Made by a program: the position numbers and the translations under genes. The notes beneath the pieces are model-generated. The model worked only from the letters and a program-made list of their open reading frames with translations, searched no databases and was not told the DNA's origin. 64,000 bases of DNA from Felis catus (Eukaryota), in NCBI RefSeq assembly GCF_018350175.1, contig NC_058368.1:207640001-207704000 (forward strand), given 5' to 3'. Numbering within the stretch: the stretch's first letter is position 1; each line of letters opens with the position of its first letter. Shown here piece after piece: positions 12,971 to 27,059 of this stretch.

Positions 12971-15357
12971 AAAGGAACCAGGAAAGTGAAAGTAATGTTT
13001 GTTAGTTTGTTTGGGTACCTAATTCAATGGTTCTAAGGATTTAAAGTTAAACTTCCTGATGTTTCATTCATTCTAAGATATCCTAACAGAACCAGGACTG
13101 GCATGATAGGTTTGGGGAAAGGGTGTTTTGTTTTGTTTACAGCTGAGGTGGCTAGACTGCAGTGTATCAATGAGGTAGCCATCTCAAGTAAGAGCTAAAA
13201 AGAGTAGGAACATTCATTGAGCGTTACAGTGTGGTCAGGTGCTTTTGCAAGGTGGGTGTATATGACTCCTTCACTGATGAGAAAATAAAGACTTGGAGAA
13301 ATTAAGCAACTTACTCAAGGCCTCAGATTGAGTAATAAGCAATTGAAGGTTTTCATAAGTGTGGTGAATCTGAACTCAAACCCACACCTCCCCAAACCTG
13401 TTCATTCTTTGTCCTGTCATGAAGCCACCCAAGCAAAATAAAGATAGAGAAGTGGCCGATGGAGACTTTTTTCCAGGGAGTTTGGCTATAAAGGGAAGAA
13501 GGAAAAACAGCTGGTAGTAGAATGGAGGACAAGGATAAGAGAGGCTATTGTGTTTCTTTGGAGTAGACAAGATTGACCCTGTTTAAGATGAAAAGTCCTC
13601 CTTAAAGGTTGAAACACACAGTCCAGAGCACATAGTAAGTGCTTACTAAATGGTTGTACTCAGTGCCAGTGAAGGAGTGAATAATCAACAGAACAGGGTC
13701 TAGAAGGACGGGGGCAGTGATAAGAGCCAAGAATGCCCGTTAATATTAGTAAGAAAGATTGACATTTTTCCAGAGAACCAGGGGCAAAAAAAAAAAAAAA
13801 AAAAAAAAAATGAGAGTGAGCAGAATATAAGGAGGTTCTAAAAAGTTAAAATGAAGGATGAGTAGGGAGGGCCAGTTAGAGTGCTTTGCCTATTCTTAGT
13901 AAAATAAAAAGTAAAGTTATCTGTGGTGAAAGAGGAAGGCATGGGTGAGGTCCAGGAATGTGGGGAGCGTTGAAACAGCCATTATGGTAAATGTGATAAG
14001 ATCTCAGTGATATTTGGTCCTGAGAAAGTTCCTGTTCAGTTAGGTATAAATGAATGTGCTTCGGCATGCAGCTGCTAGGGGTTCCATTAAATGTGCACCT
14101 AGTATTGTACAAATTACCTAGTTTAGAGTTTGCCAGTTCGGACTCTAGAAATACCAAAGAGCTGCTAGCGCTCTTCTTCCCTCTTGGGTGGGCAGTAGCT
14201 ATGTGCCTGCCCAGGCCCAAAGAAAATAAAAGTCTAGATTCTGAGTTGCCAGTCCAATGGCTAAATCCTGGGGCAGGCATGTCATAATTCCCAAATAAAT
14301 AAATGATGAACTTTATAAAGGATTTCAAAGTATGCTAAGTCAAGGTAACTTGGTAATGATTTTATTTACAGGACCCCTCATCCTTGTGGGACCATCTTTT
14401 ACATTTATACAATACTTTGGGCTTTTCAAGATACTTTCATGCCTATCAGCTCATTAACCCTTAAACCCTTGTGAAGTAGTTGAGATCCTATTACTGCCAC
14501 CCAACAGATGGAAAAACTAATTCAATGCAGAGGTTCATTAACTGATTTGCCAAAGACAAAGAGCTCTTTGGTGATGGAGCTGGTGGTAAAATCAAAGTTT
14601 TTTAATACCTGGCCCAATTCAAGACATCCCAAGAAAAACAAAGTTAAAAATACCTGGTCTAGGGTCAGGGTTTGGGTGCAATTGCAGGCCCCCAAGTATG
14701 ATGCAGTGTCCTTGGTTTTGTAAAGGAATCCATAGATTAAAAAGAGAATCAAGAACCACAACGCTACATGCTCCTCAGACCCCATGGGACATGAAGGCAA
14801 TAGGTACCTTCTTAGTCAAAAGTCATAAATGTCAAAATCTCTGGGGTAGATTTCCTGAGACTTCATACATCTTCGTATTATAAGAGTATTGTCACAATAT
14901 CTAGAAGCAGTATTTCGTTCGCAAAAAAACTGCGAAGTGTAAAGTTTGTATACTTTTGTTTGTTCCATTCTCCATAATAGGAGGACACTGCCACCCTCAC
15001 TATGTCTTTTGTTAATTACCCCCTCACCTTCTCCCTATCCCATTTTTCTTCCCCCTCAGTTCTGTTTTTTGTTTGCTAGTTTTGAGAGTTTTAGATCCTG
15101 ACAAAATGTCACCCCTTTGGGCAGCCTGTGTTTCAGTGAATCTGGAGCATTCAGGGCAGAACCAGAGAACCCTGTGCACCACTGACTCACGGAGGGCCTA
15201 GTCATTTCTTCCTGGTAAAATGGTGCTGGCGTTCCAACCATTAGGCACACACTCAGGCCTACCTGAGCAGGGGCGTTTGACTTGTGCAAGGCTTCTTCTC
15301 AGGTTCCAAAATTAAACAAGATGAGAATTTGAATCAGAGGTTGATAACCTCAGGTTT

Positions 15358-15450
15358 GTTGTGTCCCTCTCTCTCTGTTCCTCCCCCACTTGCACTCTGT
15401 CTCTCTCTCAAAAATAAATAGATTAAAAAAAATTTTTTTAATTAAAAAAA
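15358..15450 (+). mobile_element. 5'-truncated Can-SINE (3' part only)
   Basis: tgtgtccctctctctctg...aaaataaa with no head. Confidence 0.75.
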
Positions 15451-15887
15451 GAATTTCATTATTAAAATTATTACATCTCTGGTGAAAGTTCAAAGGTTAC
15501 AGCAAGATGCCAGTCAAGCTCCCACTTGACATTTTAGCAAAATGCCCCATATCTCCTTCTTGAAGCCTTAAGCTACTCCCAAAATGTCCAGGAACACAGT
15601 TCTGGGGATTCTGAGTTGGGATGAGAGTGGGCAGTAGGTTGCAAATTCACCTGATTAGTTTAATTTCCACTGAGTCATTCTGAACTGTCCAGGAGAGCAG
15701 CTCTGCCCACTCCTAGGAGGCCCATATCCCTGCACAATCCTATCATTCTTTGAGGAATTCCAAATGGTCTTGTCAGATCTAGTATTTTAAAACCACAGAT
15801 CACCCAGGCAACAAACACTCCTGAGCCTTCAGGGATAAGACCCATAGTAGATCATTTTGGGGTGTTATCTCTCAGCTTACATCCTTA

Positions 15888-16106
15888 ATTTTTTTTGTTT
15901 GTTTGTTTTTGTTTTTGTTTTTGAGAGACAGCGAGCATGAGCAGGGGAGGGAAAGAGAGAGAGAGCGAGAGAGAGAGAATTCCAAGCAGGCTCCACATTG
16001 TCAGCACAGAGCTTGGTGCAAGGCTCAGTCTCATGAACCGTGAGATCATGACCTGAGCCAAAATCAAAAGTCAAAGACTTAACTGACTGGGACACCCAGG
16101 CACCCA
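15888..16106 (-). mobile_element. Can-SINE
   Basis: TSD atccttaatt; (TTTTTG)n tail. Confidence 0.9.
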
Positions 16107-17877
16107 GTATCCTTAATTCTTAATGCACACTAAACTCTAAACTGGTCTTTTCCTTTATTTTATTTATTTCATATCTTCTAAGTCCTTTTATGACCTTATT
16201 TTGAATTCCTCATTTCCATTTCTTGGGACTTTTTCCTTGCTAGCCTGTGTCAGTCATCCATCTTTGGGGGCCCATCTTCCACTAGCTCTTGAATGTCCAC
16301 TTTCCTGCTATCTGGTTTCCAGAATCAAATTCTGGTATAAATTATAAACTTAGCATCTAAAGCACCCAAATATGTGAGTATATGCTCCAGAATTACTTTA
16401 CATTTTCCAGAGTTAGTTCTGCCCTACACGAAACTGAAAATAGTTGTACAAAATCACACTATGAGGAAAGGTATCAGTCAGAAAAGCTAGACTTACACTC
16501 AGATCTTTGGAAAGTATGTGAATACGTGCATTGGAACTTACCAGTAATGTCTACTTCCTTTCCTTGAGGAGCCACAGAACATAGCAGAAAGGGTGTAGAC
16601 AGCATAGAAATTGACTAAAGTTCAAATTCTGGCTTCATTTAAACCCTACTTCTGTTGCTTCCAAACTCTCTGAACATGCGTAGTTTTCTTAACTTTTGAA
16701 TGGAGACTAGAGAAGAACCCCATTGATTTATTGTAAAGATTGAATAAGATTAAATATGTAAAATGTCTAGAATGTGCTGGGTCAAAAAAAAAATGATTAC
16801 TTAGTGTTGTTGTCATCAGTCTCAGAAATGGCCTATAGATTTCTTTTTTCTGTTTCCTCTTTACTTATTTTATTATAATTCAATACCCACCCTCTGCTTT
16901 CTGTCACAACAGACTAGATTTTTGCTTTTGAGAATTCCAATATCATTAATTACCTCTTAGCATACTTTAAAAGTCCAGAAAGAGATTTCAAAGCCAACCA
17001 TACATTAAGGTAAGCCTCCTGTTGTTGTTGTTTTTCCCAGAAAAACAAAGATGCTTTTCCTTAGAATTATTTTGTATACATGCAAATATATCCCTTGTAG
17101 GATTTGAAAGTGACCGCAGATTTTGCAAAGCAAAATGTTTCACTGCTAAATACTAGTGTAATATGGGAAGACTTTAGTTTAGGTTCCCCCAAGTTTGATG
17201 AGGAGCAGAACACTTGAATAATTAATTTAGTGCCTCATTAAGCCTTTCAAATTATCTCTGGCAATTTTCCAAAGGTAATTTTTAAAAAATCCAACCAGTC
17301 CCTCTCTGTCTCTCAGGGGCACTTTGCTCCAGTTCCGCCACTTCCTCAGTCAAACCCTTCCCTGGCGGTGGTTAGAGGGCAATGCCAGAGGCCCTCCCTG
17401 AAGGTCCAAGTCCAGGGGGAAGCCAGCACACCCCTTTCTGGGTAGCTCAAGTTATTATCACTAAGGAAAGGAGAATAGATGCCAAGCAAGCAGAAGGTCA
17501 GGGGCCCGTCACAGACGCCCCACCAGAAAGTCTCAGAAGCCTGTGCAAAAATGAAAAAGTAGTACATGGGTTTTGGGGTAAGTCACGTTTTAGTGTTTCC
17601 AGTGCATTATTCCCCGAACCATGTCTATAACTTCTTACCTCCAAGCCTTAGATCACTTTCAGATGGTAATGCCCCCAGCTCGTCAAAATCTTTTCCATGA
17701 AAAGATAAGTCACAAATGGATGAAAAACATTTTTCTTCTTTTTAGACAACAGCTTATTAATTTCCACCTATAGTGGCTTATTCTCCGTGCGTACAACTTT
17801 CAAATCACTTATGAATCAATCAAACCATATTATTTATAAATTGAAATGTCATTTTCATCTGTGAAATTCACTAGAAT

Positions 17878-18097
17878 TTTTTTAATTTTTTTTAATGTTT
17901 ATTTACTTATGAGAGAGAGTGAGAGACAGAGTACAAGTTGGGGAGGGGCAGAGAGAAGGAGACACAGAATCTGAAGTAGGCTCCAGGCTCTGAGCGGTCA
18001 GCACAGAGCCTGACGCAGGGGCTCAAACTCATGAACCGTGAGATCATGACGGGAGCTGAAGTTAGTTGCTTAACCGACTGAGTCACCCAGGCGCCCC
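17878..18097 (-). mobile_element. Can-SINE
   Basis: TSD aaattcactagaatttt. Confidence 0.9.
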
Positions 18098-18367
18098 AAA
18101 TTCACTAGAATTTTTAATGTTTATTCTATGATAAAAGAGTCATTTCAAGTCAGTAAGTAATAGCCCATTAGATAAATGGTGATGAGACATTTGGTAAATG
18201 ATTTAAGAGCAACAGCAGTAGCAACAAAACCCGTAAAACTAGATCCCAACCTCACACCTAACTCCTAACCCCAAAATAAATTCTTCATAGTTTCAAAGAG
18301 TTGAATGTTAAAAAATGAGTCCAAAGAGAAGTAGAAAACAATGTAAGGTTGGTAATTATGTGTTCTT

Positions 18368-18490
18368 GTGGCGTCTGACTGGCTCAGTCAGTGGAGCGTG
18401 CAACTCTTGATCTCTGGGTTGTAAGTTCGAGCCCCACATTGGGCATAGAGATTGCTTAAAAATAAAATCCTTAAAAGTAAAATAAAAAAT
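18368..18490 (+). mobile_element. Short tRNA-Lys-like SINE (old Can-SINE type, lacks the CT tract)
   Basis: A box tggctcagtcag, B box gttcgagccc, A-rich tail, TSD taattatgt(g/a)ttct. Confidence 0.8.
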
Positions 18491-19055
18491 AATTATGTAT
18501 TCTCAGGGCAGGGATGGCATTCTTAAACATAACTCTAGTGATAGAAGTTATATATAAAAGAATTTACTCATTGAATTAGAGAAAAGGCAGTAAGTCTTAT
18601 ATATCAAAAAAGTTTAACTTTACTGATTACAAAAATGGGATGGAAAAATATTTCTAACATAAATAGAATCAGTTGGAAAATTTTATTTATCAGATTTGCA
18701 GGGGAACTAATTCTCTCTACCAACCAAAGAAGCTTTTTATATGTCATTTAAAACCCTGCCATTAGCCCTTTAAGGTAATTTACAGTGAAGTACTATATTT
18801 CCTTCAAAGGTTTGGAAGACTTTTGGTTTTATTGGTTGAGGCATAGTTTGGTTTATGTTTTGTGGTTTGTTTGGTTGTTTGTTTTACTTTTTGTTGTTGG
18901 GAGTTTTTTGGTATGAATAGGCAGAAGCAGGAGCCATAGCAGCCTGATTCTTATATTGTTTGTCCATATAAGTGGCAAAAAGATTAATACCCTGAATAAA
19001 GAGGTTCTACTAGCCACTAAGAAAAAGCAAATACTATTCTGAAAATAGGCAAAGT

Positions 19056-19268
19056 GGGGCACCTGGGCGGCTCAGTCGGTTAAGCTTCTATCTTTGGCTC
19101 AGGTCATGATTTCACAGTTCGTGGGTTCGACCTCCCCATCAGGCTCTCTGCTGTCAGCACAGAGCCTGCTTAAGATCCTCTGTCCCCTTCTCTCTCTCCT
19201 CCTCCCCCGCTCCTACTCTCTGTCTCTCTCAAAAAATAAACATTAAAACATTTTTAATAAAATAAAAA
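19056..19268 (+). mobile_element. Can-SINE
   Basis: consensus head, CT tract, A tail. Confidence 0.9.
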
Positions 19269-19966
19269 CAGCCAAAGGATTTGAGAAGATAATACAATTA
19301 AAATGAAAAATGGTTATAAAAATGAAAAGATGGACCTCAAAGACATGTAAAATTAAAGGAAAACATTTTTCAAGAATGCATCCCCCTTTCCTCTCAAAAA
19401 AATTGCCCCAAAATTAGGAGGACAAGAAAAACAAACTGCATATTTTGGGAAACTAGGCAACATACATAATTCCAATGCATAATGTATAAAATCAGAAAGG
19501 GTCAATGCAAATTGGGGAGATACAGAGACATTCTATTCATGATATAGCCACAAGAACCTACGAATTATTTAGGAATAAGCATGATATGCTGGTAAATTTT
19601 TAACTAGTTCTCTAAGAAAAGGTGTGGTGTAATGTTTATATACATACATGTATTAATTTTTTTGGTATTAAAGATGCATGGCACGTAATATATAAATAAG
19701 AATAAGTTATACAATATTCTTTATTGAGAATTCCATATGGCCAATTGTTGATTTTTGCCAATCTCTTGTACCTGTAGCCAACCTATGGTTGACATTAAGC
19801 AATGAGTGTAGTTCCAACCTGAATGTTGATTATTGTTTTCATTTATGTTAACAAGATGAATGAGAAACAAAGATATTATGTCAGAAGTTCACTCATTTGT
19901 CAACGATGTGAGTGAATATTTTGCTGAATTTGTATACTAGCTTTCAAATACTGGAAAATATTTCTT

Positions 19967-20183
19967 TTTTTTTTTTTTTTCAACGTTTATTTATTTTTGG
20001 GACAGAGAGAGACAGAGCATGAACGGGGGAGGGGCAGAGAGAGAGGGAGACACAGAATCGGAAACAGGCTCCAGGCTCTGAGCCATCAGCCCAGAGCCTA
20101 ACTCGGGGCTCGAACTCGCGGACCGCGAGATCGTGACCTGGCTGAAGTCGGACGCTTAACTGACTGCACCACCCAGGCGCCCC
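19967..20183 (-). mobile_element. Young feline SINE (SINEC_Fc)
   Basis: CpG-intact; 14-bp TSD ggaaaatatttctt (19953-19966 / 20184-20197). Confidence 0.95.
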
Positions 20184-20439
20184 GGAAAATATTTCTTGAA
20201 TGTTTTATGCTATTTACCATGTAATAGGTATAGAAACAACACGCTTTTAAGTGTAATCTGCATGATAAGCATTTCCTCCATCACTTTCTTATACCTAATA
20301 ATCAACAAAACAATAATGAAAGTTATAGTTCTTGTTTATTTCCACGACCTAGCTACTCCCATTATGCCCAAGTTCAATCTATCATAGTGAGGTCACTGAA
20401 TGCAGAGTAGGGAAGAGATGCCAACAGTATACCATTAGA

Positions 20440-20815
20440 TAGTCTTTCCACCGTTTATTAGCACTTCTCATAATTTTATATGTGTTTACTTATCTATCTT
20501 CTCAAATCCGTAAGAGCAGAAATGTGCGGCTGCTTTTTCCTCCATTGTATCCTAGTGCCTAGAACAGAGTTTGACACACAGTAAACATTCAATAAATATT
20601 TGTTGAATAAAAAAAAAAATGTTCAACTTACTATATGCCAGGTACTGTCCTAAGTGCTTTATGTGTATTAAGTCTAACATCCTCACCGCAACCCTATGAG
20701 GGGGCACTATTATGATCTTCATTTTACAGATGAAACCAGAAGTGACTTACCCAAGTCACCCAGCAGGTAAGTGGTGGAGCCAGAACTTAAACCTGAGCAC
20801 TTTGGCTCCAGATCT
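20440..20815. mobile_element. L2 3' end plus MIR remnant
   Basis: cctagtgcctagaacag...caataaatatttgttgaat; tatgccaggtactgtcctaagtgcttt...attttacagatga. Confidence 0.65.
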
Positions 20816-22469
20816 TGGACCCTTTTGAGAGATGCATTCTCTCAATGCATCAGAGCCATGACGCTGGCAAAGAGACATCTCCGAATGTCAGATATGTGGC
20901 AGACTTTACAAGCAACCACGGCACATTAGAGCAAGCGGACAGGGATGATAGTTATGCTGGAACCGATTCATTATCTGACAGGTTCGGTTTTGTAGGAAAT
21001 CTTTAAAGACATTTTACAGCACTGTTGGAAATTGTGGGAAGTAAGAAAAATCTTTGTAAATGACGAAGTAAGACAGCTGTTAACTCCAGGAAAAGAGTAA
21101 GTTGAATGAGTAAGTAAATGCAATTAGAGTACCCTACTTGATTCAGAGAAGCACAATATTTACCTAGTCATGATAATGAAAACCATGAACATGGATTTAA
21201 TCAAAAGAAAAAAAAGTTATGCTTTTGCTACGTTGGAAAAGGAAAGGGAGGAGGGAAAATACCTACATCTAGCAAATCGAAAGTCAATAATTTTTTCAAG
21301 CAGTAGCTATGTGTATCTGTGTGTGTGTGTGTCTGTATATGAAGGCAAATGCAAAAGAAACATCTAAAATGTTGGAATTTTTGGTATTTGATATTGATAT
21401 TTTGATAAAATGAAATTAAAGCAAAAGGTAGAAGTTTTCCATACTATTGTCAAGTTCAAAACATATGATGCCAGTGTTGGCAAAAACATGTGAAAATCAG
21501 CACTTTCCTATACTAAGTGATGGAGCCAGCAGTTGGTATCACTCCAGAAAATAATTTGTATTTTGTATCAAAAGTCTTTAAAAAAGTTTTTTGACCCAGC
21601 ATTTCCACTTAACGGAACCCATTCTAAGAAAAAACTTTAAATATGTGCAAAGACTAAGCCATTTTTTATTATAGCAAAAAAGAAAGGAATTAATGCAAAT
21701 ATCCAATATTAGAGCCTTAGTGTGTTTTTTTTAAATCATGGTAGAGTTGCATAAAGAAAAATTGTCTAGTTACTAAAAATCATATTGTAATTATATTAAC
21801 CTGGAATTATATTTATGAACAATGAGAAAAATGTTAAACTGATAACAAAATACCAAAATGGTCCCATTTTGCTCCTCTGCCATAAAGGTATGTGTTTACA
21901 CTAAAATGTTTTAAAATACATGGAACTCAGTAGCTATTGCTGGGTGATGAGTTTATGGGTGATTTATATGTGTTTGATTTTGCTTGTCTTTATATTATAA
22001 CCTCTACTATATATATGATTTACTTGTGAGATTGTTTAATAAACTTCAATATTGAGAAATCACACCTGAAACAAAATACATCTTCTCATTAATGATTCAA
22101 GGAAATCTTTGAAAACAAGTAAGAATGTGTTACCAGTATCAGACACAAAAACTAAACGTCTTTCGTCTAAAATAATGAGTCTGATGAAAAACCATCTACA
22201 TGTTTTAAATCATAAAGAATGTCATATTAAAGTTGATGTAGGCTTCTTCATAAAGTCCAGAATATTAAAACTAAAAGTTACAAAAGTTTCAAAAAAGTAA
22301 GATTCTTTTTTTGTTTTGTTTTGTTTCACTTTTCATTATGAAATTTGTCACCCATATACTCAATACCTAGATTTAACAATTGTTAAGCTTTTCCTAAGTG
22401 AAGTAGAGAAAGTCCTTTTAATAATGGGAATTAAAGAAGTTATCTATCTCAAAAAAAAAAAAGAAATAT

Positions 22470-23400
22470 TTATCAGTATCACTAGTCATTATGGAAATGC
22501 AAATCAAAAGCACAATGAGATATCACCTCACACATGTTAGGATATCTATTATCAAAAAGACAAGATATAACAAATGCCAGGAAGTGGAGCAAAGGGAACA
22601 CTTGTCTACACGGTCGGGAATATAAACTGGCACAGCCACTATGGAAACCAGTATCGACTTTCCTCAGTGAATTAAAAGTAGAACTGCATATGATCCAGCA
22701 ATCCCACTTCCGGGTATATATCTAAAAGCCACAAAATAATTATCTTGAAGACATATCTGTATTCTCATATTTATAGCAATATGATTCACAACAGCCAAGG
22801 AATGGATACGACGTAAGTGTCCGTCAATGGATGAGTGGATAAGGAAAATGTGGTAGATATATAAAGTGGAATCTTATTCCACTTAAAAAAAAGAAGGAAA
22901 TCATGTCATTTGTGACAACATGGATGAATCTGAAGGGCATTACGGTAGTGAAATAAGCCAGAAAGCCAGACAAGGACAAAGCTCACATGGTATCGCTGAT
23001 ATGTGTAATCTAAACAAAACAAAACAAAACAAAAAGTCAAGCTCATAGAAACAGAGAGTAGAAAAGTGGTTTTCAGAGGCTAGGGTGGGGGAACTAGGAA
23101 GAGGTTGCTCAAAGGGTACAAACTTTCAGTTATAAGATGTGTAAGTTCTGAAGATCTAAAGTAAAGCATGGTGACTATAGTTAACACTGTATTGTATAAC
23201 TGAAATTTGTGAAGAGAGTAGAACTTAAGTGTTCTCACCCTCTGCCCCCCAAAAAGATAAACATGTTAGATGATGGATGTGTTCATTAACTCAATGGGGA
23301 AAACCCTTCAAAATAGATACATATATCAAATCATCCTCTTACATACATTACATATCTGATAATTTTACTTGTGAATTATACCTCAATAAATCTGAAAAAA
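22470..23400 (+). mobile_element. L1MA9-like 3' fragment
   Basis: ggaaatgcaaatcaaaa...atgatccagcaatcccactt...gggtacaaactttcagttataagatg...tacctcaataaa. Confidence 0.85.
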
Positions 23401-23588
23401 ATAGAAAATTTAAACACCACATTCTGTGGTACTTAGAATATTAGATTCTTTAAAGCACTAATTCAACCTAGGATGCATTTCTTTCGTTTTTATATTTAAG
23501 ATCTTCATTTCTGCATACTCAGAATAGCCGGCTCTTGTGTTTTGAAGATTTATCTTAATTCATGGTGTTTTTTTCCTCTGCTTCTTAG

Positions 23589-23745
23589 GTACCAACAAAG
23601 GCCAAATGTGTTACTCAACTACTTCCCTCCCACCACCTCCACCATCCCAGCCAGCCAGCCAACCACCATTGCCAGCATCTCACCCAACACAACCGCCAGT
23701 CCCAAGTCTACCTCCCAGAAACATTAAGCCACCTTTAGATCTAAA
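23589..23745 (+). CDS. FYB1: FYB1 coding exon (~exon 3), 157 nt, end of the proline-rich region: (S)TNKGQMCYSTTSLPPPPPSQPASQPPLPASHPTQPPVPSLPPRNIKPPLDL(K)
   Basis: cttcttag|GTACC...CTAAA|gtaagc; phase 1 to 2; matches the ADAP PPVPSLPPRNIKPP segment. Confidence 0.95.
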
Positions 23746-24044
23746 GTAAGCAAAGATTATTTTGCCATTTCTTTGTCGGTCTCTTGCCATAGATTTTCAA
23801 ACTATGCTTGGCTGAACGCTGAGAGTTCCATGGTAAACTGCGCGGGCCACACATGTGAGCAGATGGAAGGAGAAGGAAGGGCTGAGCAGGCTGCTCTCAT
23901 ACCCCCACTTCCTTGAGCAACTCTTGTTTTATCTGTTTTTACCGTGGTTTTTTTTTTTTTCCTTAGGAGTTCATTTGAAAAAAAATTCCAGCGCCTTTTT
24001 AAAAGTTTTGAAACATTCCTCAGGTTAGCACTACAACTATCTCT

Positions 24045-24285
24045 TCCACCATCACCATCACTGCCCCCACCATCACCACCACCACCACCATCATCATCAC
24101 CAGCACCACCACCACCATCCTTAAAGTCACCACCATTATCATCACCACCATCAAATCGCCACCAGCATTACCATTATCATCATTACTGCCGCCATCATCA
24201 CCACTATGGCCATTATCACCACCATCACCACCACAGCATTATCGACACCGTCACCACTATTGTCACGAGCACCAGCACCACAATT
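24045..24285 (+). repeat. Degenerate (CAC/CAT)n low-complexity tract
   Basis: imperfect triplet repeat 300 bp downstream of the 157-nt exon. Confidence 0.9.
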
Positions 24286-25433
24286 CACTGACTACTTATG
24301 ACTTGTTAGGAACTTTATGTATATACGTGAAAAATGTTTTCCTCATTTCACAGATGAAGAAATGGGAATTTACAGAGGTTGAGTAACTTCTCCAAGATCA
24401 CATGGGAACGTAGAGTAGAAATTTGAGGCAAGGTCAGTCTAAGTCCAAAGTAAACGTGTGCTTTTAACCACTCTGCTAAATAACCTCTTTAAGCAAAAAG
24501 CGCAGCTTTTCTCTCAAGCTTCAGATTTTTGGCAGTGTGTTTAAAAACTAAGAAACTTTTATTCAAGCCCACTCCTGCTTTTCTTAGATGGTGCTTTCTA
24601 GAAATGTCAAGACTGTATGGGTTGCTATGCACAAGTTTTTTATCCATGATTGACCAGAAGAGCTGGTTGAGGAAAAAGCAAACAGAAAGTTGGACTAGAA
24701 TGAATGCTGTTTTAAAAGGAAATAATTGGATAACGGCAAGTATAAATCCTTATGGCAAGTTAGACTGTATCTTCCTTTTCATCTTCTAGAAAATTGCTTT
24801 ACTTCGTTCTCCTTGAACACAAATAAGCAATATCCCAAAATATTTGGCAACAGTTTATTTTTCCTCCACTTCAATTCTTTACCAGACTGATGTTCTTTAC
24901 ATTTAATGTACTTAATATTTGTAATCCATATCATAGAATCTGTTAATAATGTCTTTATATTGAAAGTACTTCATATCCATAATCTATATAATAGAATCTG
25001 TCAATATCGATGCCTGATTGCCAGCTTTCCTTTACTGATGATCATAGTTTAGAGCAGGGGTTGAAAATACATCTGTCATAGGTAGCCACCACTATGTTTC
25101 ACTTTATTGTGTTTGTTTGGAGTATAAATGCAGAAACTAGAAAGTGTTAGAGCAGCATAGTGGCTATTATCTTATTTGTGGCCCGCAATATGCATTTATA
25201 TCGACTTCGTGGCCTTCGTGGCCTTCCAGGCATTTGATTTTAAGAATTCTAGTTGAAAGACTCTAATACCCCATGATATCTTGCTACCAAATAAGGGTTT
25301 AAGCCATCTGCCTACTAACATGTAAATGCTAAATAAATATTTGATTAGTTAAAACAACTAATTAACATGTGCTCTTACATACACTTGACTTCTATAATTA
25401 TTTTGCTTTCACATGTATTAAATTCCATTTCTT

Positions 25434-25555
25434 GGAGTGCCTGAATGGCTCATCACTTAAGCATCTGACTCTTAATTTTGGCTCAGGTCATGATCTCACA
25501 CTTGGGAGGTAGAACCCTGTGTTGGGCTCTGTGCTGAGCATGCAGCCTGCTTAGG

Positions 25556-25599
<44 letters not shown>

Positions 25600-25640
25600 T
25601 CACTCCCTCTCTCAAAAAATAAGTAAATAAATAAAATTCT
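25434..25640 (+). mobile_element. Can-SINE with (CT)n expansion
   Basis: consensus-like head and tail. Confidence 0.85.
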
Positions 25641-25884
25641 GTTTCTTTTCCCTAATTTTTTTTCCTAGTCTGGTAAATGTAATCCATTAAATCATGATCT
25701 TAGTACATTTGAATATTATTATGTGACCTATCCCAGTTACTGGCTTCAGTTGTATCCAATTCTAGTGAGAAATTTTAATAAATACCCTAAGCATGAATCC
25801 CTGAAAATATATAAGACATGAAGATGGATAATTATGTGATTGAAGAAACTGTGGAGAAGAGGAGTATTCAGCACTATTCTTGCT

Positions 25885-26590
25885 ATATGGGGAGTTACCA
25901 AGACCACCATATATTTGATGATTCGTTTAAAGGATGCAGAGGACTAGCAAATAGTAGTACTCATGGCTAAGATTAATCACAGTGACACTGTCCTTCTGTG
26001 CCTGGGAGGGACATGCTGAGATTTCTCCTTTCTCCAGCTTTGCAAATGTGTAATGCTGCTTCCCAGGCAGCCCAGTAGAGACAAATTTTTATTGAGAGTT
26101 GGTCACATAGACACCTTTTGCCTATTCACTACCAAAATACCAGACTTCTAGAAGGAGAGGAGGTTTTCACCCTAAGTCACATTGTCTATACAGTGTAGGC
26201 ACAACAAATCACTCTTATCAATTAGGCAATTTTTCATATCAGTGTAGGGAATATTTTTTTTTAATTTTTTTTTTCAACGTTTATTTATTTTGGGGACAGA
26301 GAGAGACAGAGCATGAACGGGGGAGGGGCAGAGAGAGAGGGAGACACAGAATCGGAAACAGGCTCCAGGCTCCGAGCCATCAGCCCAGAGCCTGACGCGG
26401 GGCTCGAACTCACGGACCGCGAGATCGTGACCTGGCTGAAGTCGGACGCTTAACCGACTGCGCCACCCAGGCGCCCCAGTGTAGGGAATTTTTTAGAAGC
26501 TGAATTCCCAGATGCAAGCCAAGGGCCAATCATGGTGTCAGATTCTTCTAAAATGAGTAGCTTCAGACTTGCGATATTCTTTTTGGCATA
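25885..26590. mobile_element. Solo ERVL-type LTR (MER21/MER77-like), interrupted by a young SINE
   Basis: ccaagaccacc...tttgatgattcg...tactcatggctaagatt at one end; ttcccagatgcaagccaagggccaa at the other. Confidence 0.55.
26253..26477 (-). mobile_element. Young feline SINE (SINEC_Fc)
   Basis: TSD agtgtagggaat (26241-26252 / 26478-26489); near-identical to the other young copies. Confidence 0.95.
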
Positions 26591-27059
26591 CCTACTCCAG
26601 AATCCATACCTACTCCAGAATCCATTTTGATGTGGTGGGAAATAAAAAGTTGTTTACAGAAGAAAGGATTTCAAGAATAGTCCTATAGCCTGTACTGCAA
26701 ATTTATAAGAATGCTCGTCAATTTCTCAGGTTTTTCAGGAAATTCTTGAAAAAGTTGAAAGGGGTCTTCCAACCAACAAGACTCAAATTTTTTTCTTGTA
26801 ATACTGTTTGCATCAGAAATTAGCAAAATCCACCAATTGTAATAAGCTTTACCTCATCCCTATTAAGAACTCCTAATTAGAAAGTTGGATTCATCTAAGA
26901 GTTCCTGACTCCACAAAGTGCATACACTCAGGAGAAAGATGAAGAGAAACAAGAGTCTTCTTGGATGTTATACTGCCTAGACAAACAGTTATTGGGGAAT
27001 CTGAAAGTTAATTGTCAGATGGAGAGATTAGAGTGAATGAAAGCTAAGGGACATTTACA

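Noticed and set aside
13876..14328. 150-aa minus-strand ORF with an overlapping plus-strand ORF
   Set aside because: Non-ATG start, no recognisable homology, and it lies in sequence resembling an old L2-type repeat. A BLASTP search would settle it.
18368..18450. tRNA-Lys-like sequence with A and B boxes
   Set aside because: It has an A-rich tail and TSD, and the stems are mismatched, so it is a retroposed SINE rather than a functional tRNA.
23944..24291. 115-aa Pro/His-rich ORF
   Set aside because: Artefact of the CAC/CAT low-complexity tract; it does not fit the FYB1 exon chain.
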